Both the position numbers and the translations under genes were made by a program. 64,000 nt of DNA from positions 46,440,001 through 46,504,000 of the forward strand of contig CM097885.1 in the NCBI GenBank assembly GCA_044892525.1, given 5' to 3'. Under the pieces are notes generated by a model. It was given only the letters and a program-made list of their open reading frames with translations. It had not been told where the DNA came from and searched no databases. The DNA is from Schmidtea polychroa (Eukaryota). Below are positions 13,703 through 24,973 of this stretch, one piece after another; the stretch's first letter is position 1, and the number at the start of each line of letters is the position of its first letter.

Positions 13703-16700
13703 TGGGTAAACAAGAAGAAAAGCAAACAGAAGGAAGATTTGGGCCCATTAGCTTGACACAATGACTAATTGGAAAAGAGCAAGGAGAAGATAGTGCGTGT
13801 AGAAAGGCCGGAAGGGCCATTAATTATCTGGATTCGTTGGACCATTATGGGTGACAGCCGAAGCAGATACGTGGAAGCAAATGTCAAGTGAAAGATTGGC
13901 TCCGCAATAACCATTTGTCATCCCGATTTCGAGGAGTATATAAGGAAAGGGAAAATCAGAGAAAATCGGCATTTTGCCTCAGGTAGGGTAAGAAGAAACT
14001 GGGCTTAGGAAAAGGCGAAAACGAATCTAGGAGATTAAGGAAAAGAAGAGATAGATAAGAATAAAAAGCGTGAAAAGGATCAAATCAAACAGAAAAAGAG
14101 GAAAACGTTGGTCAAGAGAACCAAAGAAACTAAAAGGTGAATATTATCTTTATCAAAGCATCAACACCAAGCGGAGAATCGTTCAAACGGAACTTTGATT
14201 ATTAATTGTAAAGTGGTGATAAAGGATTGTGAATTTGTTATTTCAATATACGTTGGGCCGTTATTGTTTTGATTTAAAGGACACGAGGAGTCAGAGGGAA
14301 CAGACTTAAAGTAATCTAAAGCCCAAAACTAGAGGTATTATGATTAATTTTTTGTAATAATTTTTTGTAAATTGGTAAAAACCTATGAAAATCAACAAAA
14401 TGAATAATACAAAATGTTTAACAAATAGAAAAATTTATTTAATAAAATAAAATTCACTAGCATTGGAAGTATATATTTCCCTTATCCACCAAATTAAGAG
14501 CGAATATACCTTAAAAATGTAAAATTAATCAATCAAGAATCTGTTAAATTGATTTAAAGAGAGTTAATTACAAATTTACCAAGATTTTCCAACTTAGACC
14601 AATTTTTTTGTTAAATCTTTATATGCTTCAAATTTTCATATTCATCTTATGAATTTAGTCTAAATACGTTAGTAGGAACCTCATCTTGCCTAATCCTCCT
14701 TCCAAACTTCTTAAAACTCTACCTTAATAGAAAGATTTTAATTTTAAATCCATAAATTTAACTAAATATTTGAATTGAAGGAAATTGTTGGAAAAATAAT
14801 TTTGATGTTTGTGTTGGGCTAGAACTGATTTCTAGACCCAAAATACTAATTGTGACTGAAACGCGTAAGTACACAGCAAGTAAAAAAGCACCAAGTATAG
14901 TTAAATATTAAAACCTACACCAAATAAACAATATTAACTAAAGGAGAAAGCAACAAAAACATAAACAAAGAAATTAAACAGAATTATACAAAAGCAAGAA
15001 GTGATGCAAAAATCTAACTCAAAAATAACCAAATAAACACAGGGTTACAAAAAACAGACTCGAATAACTTAAAAGACGATAAAAACAGTAAAACATTCCA
15101 GAAAAACCCAGAACATTCTATAAAAATGGCGATGACCATCACAAAAGTTATCTAGAACAACAAAAGTTAAGGAAAATAAATAAATTAGTATTAAAAATAA
15201 AAAATCTCAAAAAGAATTCATAAAAACATCAGTTAAAATAAAAATTAAATTAAAAGTAAAATAGAATGTTCTGGAACCGTTCCAAATCCATCATGGACGT
15301 AAAATTAATGAAAAATAATTAAAAAATAAAAATATAAAAATAAAAACAAAAATTATGGCACAAAAATTGCCATTAAAAATAGCAAAATCGTAAAATAGAA
15401 AATTCTGGAATAAAAAGAATTCGAGTTTGTTTTAATGCATCAATACATACACGTGTACTAAATAGGTATATATACCGACACGTTTCAGTCACAATAATCA
15501 CTTTTATGCCAAATTTTTGTGACAAAATTTCCAAAATCGATAGTAAGCATTGATCTTTATTTGTATATTAATTGTTTAATTATATAGATGGTATTTTAAA
15601 TTTATTTTTGCTTAAAATTTTTTTTGCGATGTATGAGTGATCAACGGCGTACTGGTATTCCTGCGTCGTTGTTCAGTCCTGCATCCAATTTATTAAAATC
15701 GTTATTAACAAGACATGCAGACACGCATTATCGTTATTATAGTGATATTTATTATATGATTTCCTTTTGTTCGGGTCAGCCGGAGGTCGAACTACTTCAT
15801 GGTCCTGCCATGGAGTTAGGTCGAGGAAACCCTCCGCCTGACTCTTCGTATTTATTTAAGGTCAGCCGTAAATGGTTGACTTAGCACACAACACTAAGGT
15901 TTGTGGACGTGGTCACAGTGAGGCCATGAAAGCAATATTCTTCCCGACTCATTGCGTAATATACAATTAAACTCAACACTTAAAATCCTGAACAATAACT
16001 CTACACTAAGGTTCTAATTTGAGTAGAGCTCGTACCTAAAATTACACAATTCTACACTCACATTAATGTAGCTAGTTGATTCATAATGGTAATTTCAATT
16101 ATACTTAGACATATGCCGAACTAGATTTTGTAGTAAGGATCTTTGATAAAGTAATAGAAAAAAGAAAGATATTCGGCATACGTACAGGTATAACTTGATC
16201 TGGATATGTTGATTCCGAGTAAAGATAGACATTTTAAATCTAGCTCCCACTTTAAAATGTTTGTAAATGTGTAGGCTCTTAGTTGTAATATTCTTGTTGT
16301 TAACTATAAAATTATAAGTTATAAATAATTACGATAGCTAGGTACAAACCACGTCGATCCTGAAAATGTAAATTGTTAATGGAGAAAGTCTGATCAGAGA
16401 TAGTAGTAAACAATTTTCGTATAAAAATCAACTTAGGATTGGTTACAGATAGGCGATAGACGCGCTAGAACCCTGAAGTTTAATCCACAAATAGGACCAG
16501 GAAATCTGTAAGTACTGCGGAAAACAATGTTGATCATAGAAGGAAGTTGTAAGAAGTATATTCCGTCGACTAAAAATTTCAAATTATAAAGTATGAAAAT
16601 ACGAATTACAAAAGTATAAATTTTAGATTATAAACTTATAAATTATAAGTTAAGCAATTATAACTTATAAAATATGAATGTATAAATTTCAAAATATGAA

Positions 16701-16819
16701 ATTAATTATAAATTACAAGATTGTAAATCCCTAAATGGAAAAATTTTAAATTATAAATCGAAAATTATCAAAGTATAAATTATAAAACATGAATTTATAA
16801 TTCTAAAACATGGGATTAT

Positions 16820-17170
16820 AAAATTATAGTTATCATAATCCTGATCATTTCCCTTGTTATTACTATTAGCAGTATCAACATTATCATTACTATTAGTATT
16901 ATTATTCTTATTATTATTATATTATTATTATCATTATTATGAATATCATAATTAGCATTATTATTATTATCATCATTATCAGTACCATTATAAAAATTTA
17001 TTATTATTCTTGTTATTACTATTATTAGTATTATTATTATTACCATTATTAAAATTTATTATTATTCTTATTATTATTACTATCATTGCTATTATTAATA
17101 TTATTATTATCATTATTATTATTATTATTAGTATCGTTATTTCATTGTTATTATTATTGGTATTATTACA
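16820..17170. repeat. Degenerate (ATT)n microsatellite inside the LTR (copy at 46900-47250)
   Basis: Directly visible low-complexity tract. Confidence 0.9.
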
Positions 17171-17685
17171 GTTAACTACAAAAAATCGATATCCCAATCC
17201 GATATCGATCACCTGGAAATTTAGAAATTAGCAAATTAAATAAATTACTTGTATGCAGAGCAAACCACTCATAACGAGCACAACCGAAGGAAAGGTAAGC
17301 AGACGAAGAGCTTAGTTCGTTGCTAGTACCTGTCGCCCCAGCGTGCCCGAATTTAGTGGCCTAAGAATGACGATCAAAAAGAAAAAAAATTCACATTTTA
17401 TTAATATGTAAATTAAAATTTATAAATAGTAATTAAAATTACTACTCAGTGGTAAACAAAATTTTGAATGGAAATGATTAATTTAAACAAACGAATTTTG
17501 ACGAAAATTTTTTTTGTGTGTTTGTTTTGATAAAGTAGGAAATCTTATTCCACTGCTCCTAAACTTATAGATGGTAGTCTTAAAATAAAATATTTTTTTT
17601 TTAAAGGGAAAAAGGGTCAACAAAATCTTGTGGTTGACGTCGTATCTCAATCAGTATAGAGGGGCTTGATTATTATTTTGTAGAA

Positions 17686-18051
17686 ATGTCCTACTCTGAC
17701 AGCGATAGCCACGAAGAAGCCGACCGACAGATGCTTACCAGACTCCGTACACGGTACATATGGCACCGTATCCATGATTGGAATCGGGGTTTGGACCTCG
17801 ACAACTTTGGCCCAGTAATCAGGAGTGGGCCGGAGCCGGACGCTCCGGCGTGGGTAAAAACAGAGCCCACAAACGATTTTTTGCAAGAGGCCCGCGACCG
17901 AGCGGCCATCGAGGTAGAAGCAGCTCAGATGCGACTCAAGAAGATCGAGCTACAAATCCAAGCAGAAAAAGAGGGAAAAACCGTGGAGGACCTAGAAGAG
18001 GCCGAGGCAACCCCGCGGAAGAGGGGAAGGCCTCGCAAGCGACTGAACTGA
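17686..18051 (+). CDS. LTR-encoded 121-aa protein with coiled coil and C-terminal AT-hook/NLS
   Basis: GC-rich ORF in an AT-rich LTR; ATG preceded by TTTTGTAG; ends TPRKRGRPRKRLN (RGRP AT-hook core). Confidence 0.65.
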   Translation: MSYSDSDSHEEADRQMLTRLRTRYIWHRIHDWNRGLDLDNFGPVIRSGPEPDAPAWVKTEPTNDFLQEARDRAAIEVEAAQMRLKKIELQIQAEKEGKTVEDLEEAEATPRKRGRPRKRLN

Positions 18052-18261
18052 CTCATCGTCAAAATTTTGTTTTTTGCAAATTAACATTCAGTTGCGATTT
18101 TATTAAACTTTGATTTTAGTGATAATTATTTCAGTCCTTTTAATAAATCATCTTGTGTATTGCGTGCTTAACATCCGAAACTATGTTTATTTATAATATT
18201 GATTTTATTTTATAATTGAATGAATAGTATGCTGCAAGAATATAATCGTTGAATTTATCTA

Positions 18262-18732
18262 GTGTTCAGACTATTGGAAAATCTGCGAAGAGATAGGGCA
18301 GAAGCTCAAAAACAGTCCGAGGAGCTCCGCATACGAGTAGACAAGCTCAAGGGACGGTGCCGGGAACTAGAAAGCACCTGGTTTAGTCCCGAGGATATGA
18401 AAAAGAAGGTGGCGCAGGTCCTTCAACTGCAGACTCAAGCCGCGCAGGATCAGATGGAGATCCGGGCACTGAAGCTCCAGCTCCGCGCGCTAGAAACCGA
18501 GCGAAATGAACAAGTAGTTCACGGAGCCGCCATAAGCCAAATCCGGCCGTTGACCGTGGAACTAGCAGCAATATACCCCCCGGCCGCGAAAGAGAAACCC
18601 AAAAGAAAGCGGTTAGGCCGAAATATTCGGGAAAAATTGAAGAAAGCTAGACTGGCCGAATACGAGCGACAAGCAAATTTGTCACTAGCAGCTGCGACGA
18701 AATTGGCCAGTCCTACCAATAAGCCTGTTTGA
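18262..18732 (+). CDS. LTR-encoded coiled-coil/basic protein (probably a spliced exon; no 5' ATG)
   Basis: GC-rich open frame starting at a TTTATCTAG acceptor-like site; heptad-rich N-half and basic KPKRKR segment. Confidence 0.55.
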   Translation: MFRLLENLRRDRAEAQKQSEELRIRVDKLKGRCRELESTWFSPEDMKKKVAQVLQLQTQAAQDQMEIRALKLQLRALETERNEQVVHGAAISQIRPLTVELAAIYPPAAKEKPKRKRLGRNIREKLKKARLAEYERQANLSLAAATKLASPTNKPV

Positions 18733-19138
18733 ACTTATATTCGGTTTTAGGTGTTTTGTAGTATTTTTATGTATTGTGGTAGTCTTCAAATAATATGTTC
18801 CTTGTTAAAATACTGCACGTTTTGTAGTGATAAAATAATGACTAGTACAGTTTATGATTGCCTGGGAAATGAGAGTTTGTGCATAAGGTTGGGAAAACAA
18901 TTTTGATAAAGGGACCTGAGAAATCGGACACACACCTTCTATCGGTAGTCCGTGAACCCACGGAGTACTCGACAACTATAGTGCTTTGATGCGCTCACTT
19001 TTTGCGAGTACTCAACCCTTGGTACAGTACCAACGTTGATCACTCAACGGGTACCAAGCGGAAAAACAATGTTGTATTTTGGGTTACGCTGGTAACAGCA
19101 CTCAATCATTCAACCACCAGTAACCCACCATACAAATT

Positions 19139-19156
19139 TGGGGGCTCAGCCGGGAT
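19139..19156 (+). promoter_or_regulatory. Primer-binding site, tRNA-Pro-like
   Basis: TGGGGGCTCAGCCGGGAT matches the classical tRNA-Pro PBS TGGGGGCTCGTCCGGGAT at 16/18; begins 8 nt after the 5' LTR. Confidence 0.85.
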
Positions 19157-19851
19157 ATTGAAAATTTAATTGGTGAAAGAACCCGAGAATAGATATAATA
19201 GAGAGAGTAAAAGCTGATATAAAGTGATATGCATTCAAGACCGAGCAGGTTGTTTTCCCAAGCGTAAACTTAGTATATGGATATGTGAATATGATAAAAT
19301 GTATGTAGAATGTCTAAATGAGTGATGGAAGTTTTAAAGTATGACGACATATGGATGTATTGAAAGTGAGTATGAGAATGCTGTACGAATAACTCAGTAA
19401 TAGAATGAATGAGGATAAACGAAAATTAAAACGAAAACAAATTATAATAAAATTGTAAATATCAACGATTAATAAAATGTAAATATAAGGAAATAATAAA
19501 AATTTAAAAATAGGGAAAAGGGGGGATAGCACGCTAATAAAGATAGAACAAATGAACCATGAAATTAAACTTAATCAGAAAACGTGTAAAATATGGCGAT
19601 AAGGAATGGGATATGGGTTATATATAATTAAAACGATTGTAATAAAATCACAAGATCATGAAAGAAATTTGCGCGGAATAAAGCATTAAACAGAGGGAGA
19701 CGGGGTTGTTAAGGGTAATAAGTAGAATGTAAAGGTTTATCGAAGCACTAATAAAATAAGGTATTCTGGATACTAGGGGGAAAACGATAAAGGGGGAAAA
19801 TGACGCGGAATATTAATAAAAAGAGAACTTTAATTAATAAATCTTAATTAG

Positions 19852-20334
19852 ATGGAATCAACCGGCTACATTACAAAGAGACTCGAAAAATTCGTAGATT
19901 TAACACACAATTCGTTACAACGGCTAAATCGCAAAGCGGACCAGTTGATAAAAATCCAAGATGAGATGAGCTTGAATCCAAGACCGCAAGCTGAGGAAAT
20001 ATGCGTAATGATGAAAATAGCGACACCTAATGCAGAATTGACCACTAAAAGAGTTTATCAACTTCAAAATTTACGATTAGACAATGCCAAATTTAACATC
20101 AAATGGCAGGAGATAATGATAAAAATGGAAACGATCGAGGAAGAAATTAAAGAAGCAATCGAACATCAAGTTAAAGATTTTAGAAAATGCTTCATATGCA
20201 GAACCAATGAAATACGAGTAATGACGATTCCATGTGGTCATTTATGCTACTGCGAGAATTGCGCAGAGAAAATTAAACGATGCGACGTATGCGATACGAA
20301 TGTTAGAGAGAAAATTGTAATATACCTCCCATAA
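19852..20334 (+). CDS. Coiled-coil plus IAP-type C3HC4 RING protein (putative E3 ligase), upstream of gag
   Basis: CFICRTNEIRVMTIPCGHLCYCENCAEKIKRCDVCDTNVREKIVIYLP is an IAP/MDM-type C-terminal RING. Confidence 0.85.
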   Translation: MESTGYITKRLEKFVDLTHNSLQRLNRKADQLIKIQDEMSLNPRPQAEEICVMMKIATPNAELTTKRVYQLQNLRLDNAKFNIKWQEIMIKMETIEEEIKEAIEHQVKDFRKCFICRTNEIRVMTIPCGHLCYCENCAEKIKRCDVCDTNVREKIVIYLP

Positions 20335-21741
20335 GGAGATGTTGTCAAATAAATTTCTTGTGAATGAATATGGAGTGAAAAAATTAGTAAATTATATTAA
20401 AAATCCATTATAGCAACCGAAAGGTATAAAACATACGATGAACATAGACATATAAAGAACACAAAATACGTTAAATAAATAGACAAGCAACACAGCAATT
20501 AGAACTAAAATCAAAGTTGAATGCAGGACTGATCATAGTCGTATGAATGAGCTGATCGCTAAGATCAGTACGATTTTATTTCCAATTTTCTTTTCTTCCT
20601 GTTTGTTATTTTGGCATAAAGAGATACGATAATGAGGGGATGACAAGTGAATCGTCCTTACGACACTTGCCCGGATGGGGAAATCCTGATCACCCTGATG
20701 AGAGAATGTAGTAGGATCCATCGCAAATGTTGGGGAGTTTCTGTCCAGTGACTGATCACCACTTGTGGGAAACGAACCAACGCGATTATTATATTTTTTT
20801 GTCTGGGAGACGGGGACTAACTAAAAGGGTGAATAAAAATAGAAAAATAAAATAAAAATTGAAAAACGCGCGCTAAATGTTAAAAATTTAATCCGAGAGC
20901 AGCTGCGGATTTGAAGAAACCGTTTTTGGACTTCAAATCAGATGAGAATAATGATTTTTCCCTAGCGAGTGATGAGGCACCCGAGTACAGCGGCTAACCA
21001 CCGGACTGTAGTGTCCAGGAGATTATCGGCCAAGGGACTGATGATGCTGGATCACCCAATACAAAAACCCGGATGCCACACCGAGTATTGGGCGCACTTT
21101 TTTGAGTTGCTAGCGGGACTTGATACAAAAACCCGGAAGGGTAGCGAGCGAGAGAGACCCAGTTACCTACACCGAGTATCAAGGAGCCCAGTGAAACGGT
21201 TGTGAGATGCGAGTCAACCGGTAAAGAACTCGTACTCAACAGGCAACCAAGATTGGACCAGTTGTGAGGCGGGAGACCGAGAGTCAACTGCATACCCAAT
21301 TTCCTTTTAGCTTCACTAGTCGGGAGATCTGGTTCATCACTTTTGAGAATCACGATCAAGGCGATTAGGCATTTCCGTGTTTTTTAAATCCTGATAGATA
21401 GGATGTTTTTTCTTCGTGATTATTGCTAGCAGGGGTCGGTACAAAACCCGGATGCCCACACCGAGTACCGATAGGCCCAGTGAAACGGCGATGAGATTAG
21501 AGTTACCGGTATTAGACTCTTTTCAATAAGCGGCCAAGAATTGAGCCAGTTGTGAGGCCTCAGCAGATTAAGAGTTGGAGTAGGAGGAGCCTCGAATTTT
21601 TGATTAGCCCGAAAGTCAACTGTCAACTCAATTTAATCGCGGTAGGGACGATAGTAGGTGTTAAAACCGAAGGCGTCTGGGGGTTGAAGAAACCTCATTT
21701 AGGGCATTTGAAACCGGTCAGGGACCGAAGACCGCGAATAC

Positions 21742-22052
21742 GGCGTAATGGTGTAAAAGCCCAGGCGTCTAGGAGTCGTAAAAGACTTCAATTTTGATTA
21801 AACCGGCCGGAAGCCGATGCCGACGCGGAGGTCTAACAAACCAAAGCGTTGATGGGTAATAGTAGAGTATATGGCGTAATGGTGTAAAAGCCCAGGCGTC
21901 TAGGAGTCGTAAAAGACTTCAATTTTGATTAAACCGGCCGGAAGCCGATGCCGACGCGGAGGTCTAACAAACCAAAGCGTTGATGGGTAATAGTAGATTA
22001 TATGGCGTAATGGTGTAAAAGCCCAGGCGTCTAGGAGTCGTAAAAGACTTCA
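21742..22052 (+). repeat. Tandem repeat of 131-bp unit (~2.4 copies) in the 5' internal leader
   Basis: GGCGTAATGGTGTAAAAGCCCAGG starts at 21742, 21873 and 22004; degenerate AAACCGGCC..AGCCGATG copies continue to ~22163. Confidence 0.9.
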
Positions 22053-22921
22053 TGAGATTAAAATGAGTTGATTAAACCGGCCAAGGAGCCGATGGTAATT
22101 GAGTGAAATGATTTAAATGAAAATAAAAGAGTTGAACAAACCGGCCAGAGAGCCGATGGTAAATAAAGGTGGATGTAGAGGTCGCGCGAACCAAAGCATC
22201 AATGATTAACTATGAAATTGATTAAACTGAAATAGATTAAGTGCGATAAATATGTAATGAGTAGAGGAGAATTATGATAAAGCGCCGGCGCAAGCGAAAA
22301 TTAAACCAGTTTTTGGATGGGGAAAAGCGAACGAATAGATAGTAGTTGAATTATTGAATTTTATTTATTAATGATATGTTTATTTTGATATTTATGTGAT
22401 TAATATTATATTTCTATGATAATAATAAAAGGGATAGATAATTGATACGACTATATAGATAATTGATACGAGTTATAGATAATTTAAAATTAACTTAAAA
22501 TCAAAATGGGGCGAATAGCGAGAAGTGTAGAAAAGCTAGAAAATTTGAAGCGAAGGGACAGTAAAATAAAGGGAAAAGGGAAAGTAAATGAAGGGTTTAA
22601 TAAAGAGAATTTATGATATGTACTAGAGGTGTTAATTATTTTAGAATAAAGCAAACAATTCAGAAAGAAATCAAAGAAATCAAGAAAGCAATAGAAATCA
22701 AGAGATATAGAGAAATCAATTAGAAGCGAAGAATCAAGGAAATTAATAAAACCAAATCCAAGAAGAGTTAGAGAATCGTAAAGATTAAAGCGAGAAAAAT
22801 ACTTAGAAAACATCGAGCTCGATTGACAAAGTAGAAAATTTATCAAAGGATATTAAAAGGAGGAAAAATTGATAGCATAGCTAACCGAACGAGGCGAAAA
22901 AGTAAAGGAAACCTCAGTTTA

Positions 22922-24772
22922 TTGGAAAAGGAAGAGATACAAAAGGCCAAGACCAACAGAAAACTACACAGGAAGCCAGCATCAGTAGAAACAGTATTTG
23001 AATCAGACAGTTTAACAAACGAATTTGAGAACAGCGACGATCTTAAACGAACCGAACTAGATCCGATAAGTGACATTGAATCATCAGACGAGGAAGGAAA
23101 TAGTTCAGAGTCAACCAATATAACAATTTTGTGTCAAGAAATAATGACAGACGGAATTCCAAATGTAACAGGGCTAACGGACCCACCGGAAACAAGTAAT
23201 GTGCACGTCAACATTGGAGAATTCAGAGAGAAATTTCGAGGAGAGCCATTCGATGGAAATATAAACCAGCTGGAAACGTTTATAAAGGAATTCGAAGTAT
23301 ACATTACGATATGTCACTGGCCAGACATAGTCGTACGAGAACGAATACCCCTATATCTAAAGGGAAGCGCCCAAGATGTATACTTGGAGGCGAAATGTGA
23401 TGCAACTAAGTTGAGAACGTGGAAAGAGATCAAGGAATTTTTAATAAAAACATTCGGTACCGAAAAAGAGGGAAATCGAAAAATGTTAGACTTTCTGCAT
23501 CGAAAGCAGAAATATAACGAATCCAACGCACTGTACGCATGCGAATTGAGACGACTAGCACGAGAAGCCTTCGATTCAAATCAACCAGTTCCGGAAGACA
23601 AAATAATAGCCGTATTCGTAGATGGCATGAAACGGGAGGATATACGAGCAACTTTGGGATGCCGAGCACCAGAGACGCTGGAAGAAGCACTAAAAATCGC
23701 TAACAAATGTGAAACCTACTTAACACCAATACAAGTAGCAGCAATGACAGCAGCTCCAGCAGCTCCAGCGGCAACAGCAACAACCACAAACAACCAAGTC
23801 AATAATGCAAATCCAGTAATGAATCAATTCATCCCAGGATCGCAACAGTTGTTCAAAACTCCACAAACAAGAAACCAAAACAATGGAGGTAATATTCAAA
23901 ATTTTACTAATAATTTCAGGAACAACGACATCAACAATCGAACGTGCAACATATGCCAACGACCAGGGCATTGGAGCAATGAATGTTATAAAGCAAGGAT
24001 GTGTCAAAAGTGTGGGAGAAGAGGCCACACGGAAAATGTCTGCAGAGGACCCATGATGTCTATGAGCAGAGGAGGAACCAGAACCTGCTACAATTGTAAT
24101 CAGCCTGGACACATGGCAAGAGAATGCACGATGAGAACCAAACCAAATCAACCAGGATCAAACAATCCAGTTCAGAACACACAAATCAACCTCATGCAGG
24201 AAATCGAACAATTAAAAGATATGATCCTGCGAATACCGACTAATAACCAACAACAACGAATCAACATGATGCAGAGCACCGAGGAAATCCGGAACCAACC
24301 AAGTAAGCAACAACAAGATCAGCAACGAGTCGAATGGCAAAGATTACAAAACGAGGAAGCCAGAGAAATTCAAGAAAGATGGAAACAACGGGAAGCGAAT
24401 CCCGGAAGAATAAATATGATGAGATTAACAAATAAAGAGGAATCGCACACTGCGGAGCAGTGTGTTAACAACGACGGGAGTGAACCGATAATAAACAAGG
24501 AGATAAAAACGACAAAAGAAAATGAGATCGATCCACGAACAGAATTGAGCAGTGAAGAGAAAATACAATTGATTAAAGAATTTACCAAAGAGGAGAAAGA
24601 AAGGAGACAAAAGAGAGATGAGAGTAAAGACGAACCAAAAAGCAATGAGATAGTTACAAAAAATCGAATTCAGAGGGTACTACTACAAAAAATCGAGGAC
24701 AGAATCAAAAACGAAAATCCTACATTAACTGAGGAACAAATAAAAGAAAAAGTGAACAGAATTGAGCAGTGA
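22922..24772 (+). CDS. gag: Gag (capsid plus three CCHC zinc knuckles); first in-frame ATG at 23144
   Basis: FDGNINQLETFIKEFE...YLKGSAQDVY...F..RKQ..NES..YA.ELRRLA capsid pattern; knuckles CNICQRPGHWSNEC, CQKCGRRGHTENVC, CYNCNQPGHMAREC. Confidence 0.92.
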   Translation: MEKEEIQKAKTNRKLHRKPASVETVFESDSLTNEFENSDDLKRTELDPISDIESSDEEGNSSESTNITILCQEIMTDGIPNVTGLTDPPETSNVHVNIGEFREKFRGEPFDGNINQLETFIKEFEVYITICHWPDIVVRERIPLYLKGSAQDVYLEAKCDATKLRTWKEIKEFLIKTFGTEKEGNRKMLDFLHRKQKYNESNALYACELRRLAREAFDSNQPVPEDKIIAVFVDGMKREDIRATLGCRAPETLEEALKIANKCETYLTPIQVAAMTAAPAAPAATATTTNNQVNNANPVMNQFIPGSQQLFKTPQTRNQNNGGNIQNFTNNFRNNDINNRTCNICQRPGHWSNECYKARMCQKCGRRGHTENVCRGPMMSMSRGGTRTCYNCNQPGHMARECTMRTKPNQPGSNNPVQNTQINLMQEIEQLKDMILRIPTNNQQQRINMMQSTEEIRNQPSKQQQDQQRVEWQRLQNEEAREIQERWKQREANPGRINMMRLTNKEESHTAEQCVNNDGSEPIINKEIKTTKENEIDPRTELSSEEKIQLIKEFTKEEKERRQKRDESKDEPKSNEIVTKNRIQRVLLQKIEDRIKNENPTLTEEQIKEKVNRIEQ

Positions 24773-24973
24773 AGAGAAAATACAATTGATTAAAGAATTT
24801 ACCAAAGAGGAGAAAGAAAGGAGACAAAAGAGAGATGAGAGTAAAGACGAACCAAAAAGCAATGAGATAGTTACAAAAAATCGAATTCAGAGGGTACTAC
24901 TACAAAAAATCGAGGACAGAATCAAAAACGAAAATCCTACATTAACTGAGGAACAAATAAAAGAAAAAGTGAA
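24537..24973 (+). repeat. 217-bp tandem duplication at the gag/polyprotein junction
   Basis: GAACAGAATTGAGC starts at 24537 and 24754; the same peptide SSEEKIQLIKEF...EQIKEKV appears in both ORFs; 3-bp GAA microhomology at the junction. Confidence 0.95.

Larger units (their letters stand above)
14812..19130 (+). repeat. 5' LTR (4319 bp)
   Basis: Starts TGTTGGGCTA and ends TAACCCACCA (8/10 terminal inverted match); every ORF-track translation inside it equals that of the 3' copy. Confidence 0.95.

Noticed and set aside
15624..15884. 86-aa LTR ORF as a third LTR gene
   Set aside because: Short, with no motif or acceptor-ATG signature; cannot be supported.
16816..17231. Poly-Ile/Leu/Asn ORFs in both LTRs
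   Set aside because: Translations of the (ATT)n microsatellite.
15581..17580. TAG-ATG-GT 3-nt micro-exons at 15588 and 17571
   Set aside because: Only two instances in AT-rich DNA; indistinguishable from chance without transcript data.
21742..22052. CRISPR-like array
   Set aside because: Units are contiguous 131-bp tandem copies without unique spacers, in a eukaryotic retroelement with no cas genes.
24740..24775. Programmed ribosomal frameshift between gag and pol
   Set aside because: The frame change is fully explained by the 217-bp tandem duplication.
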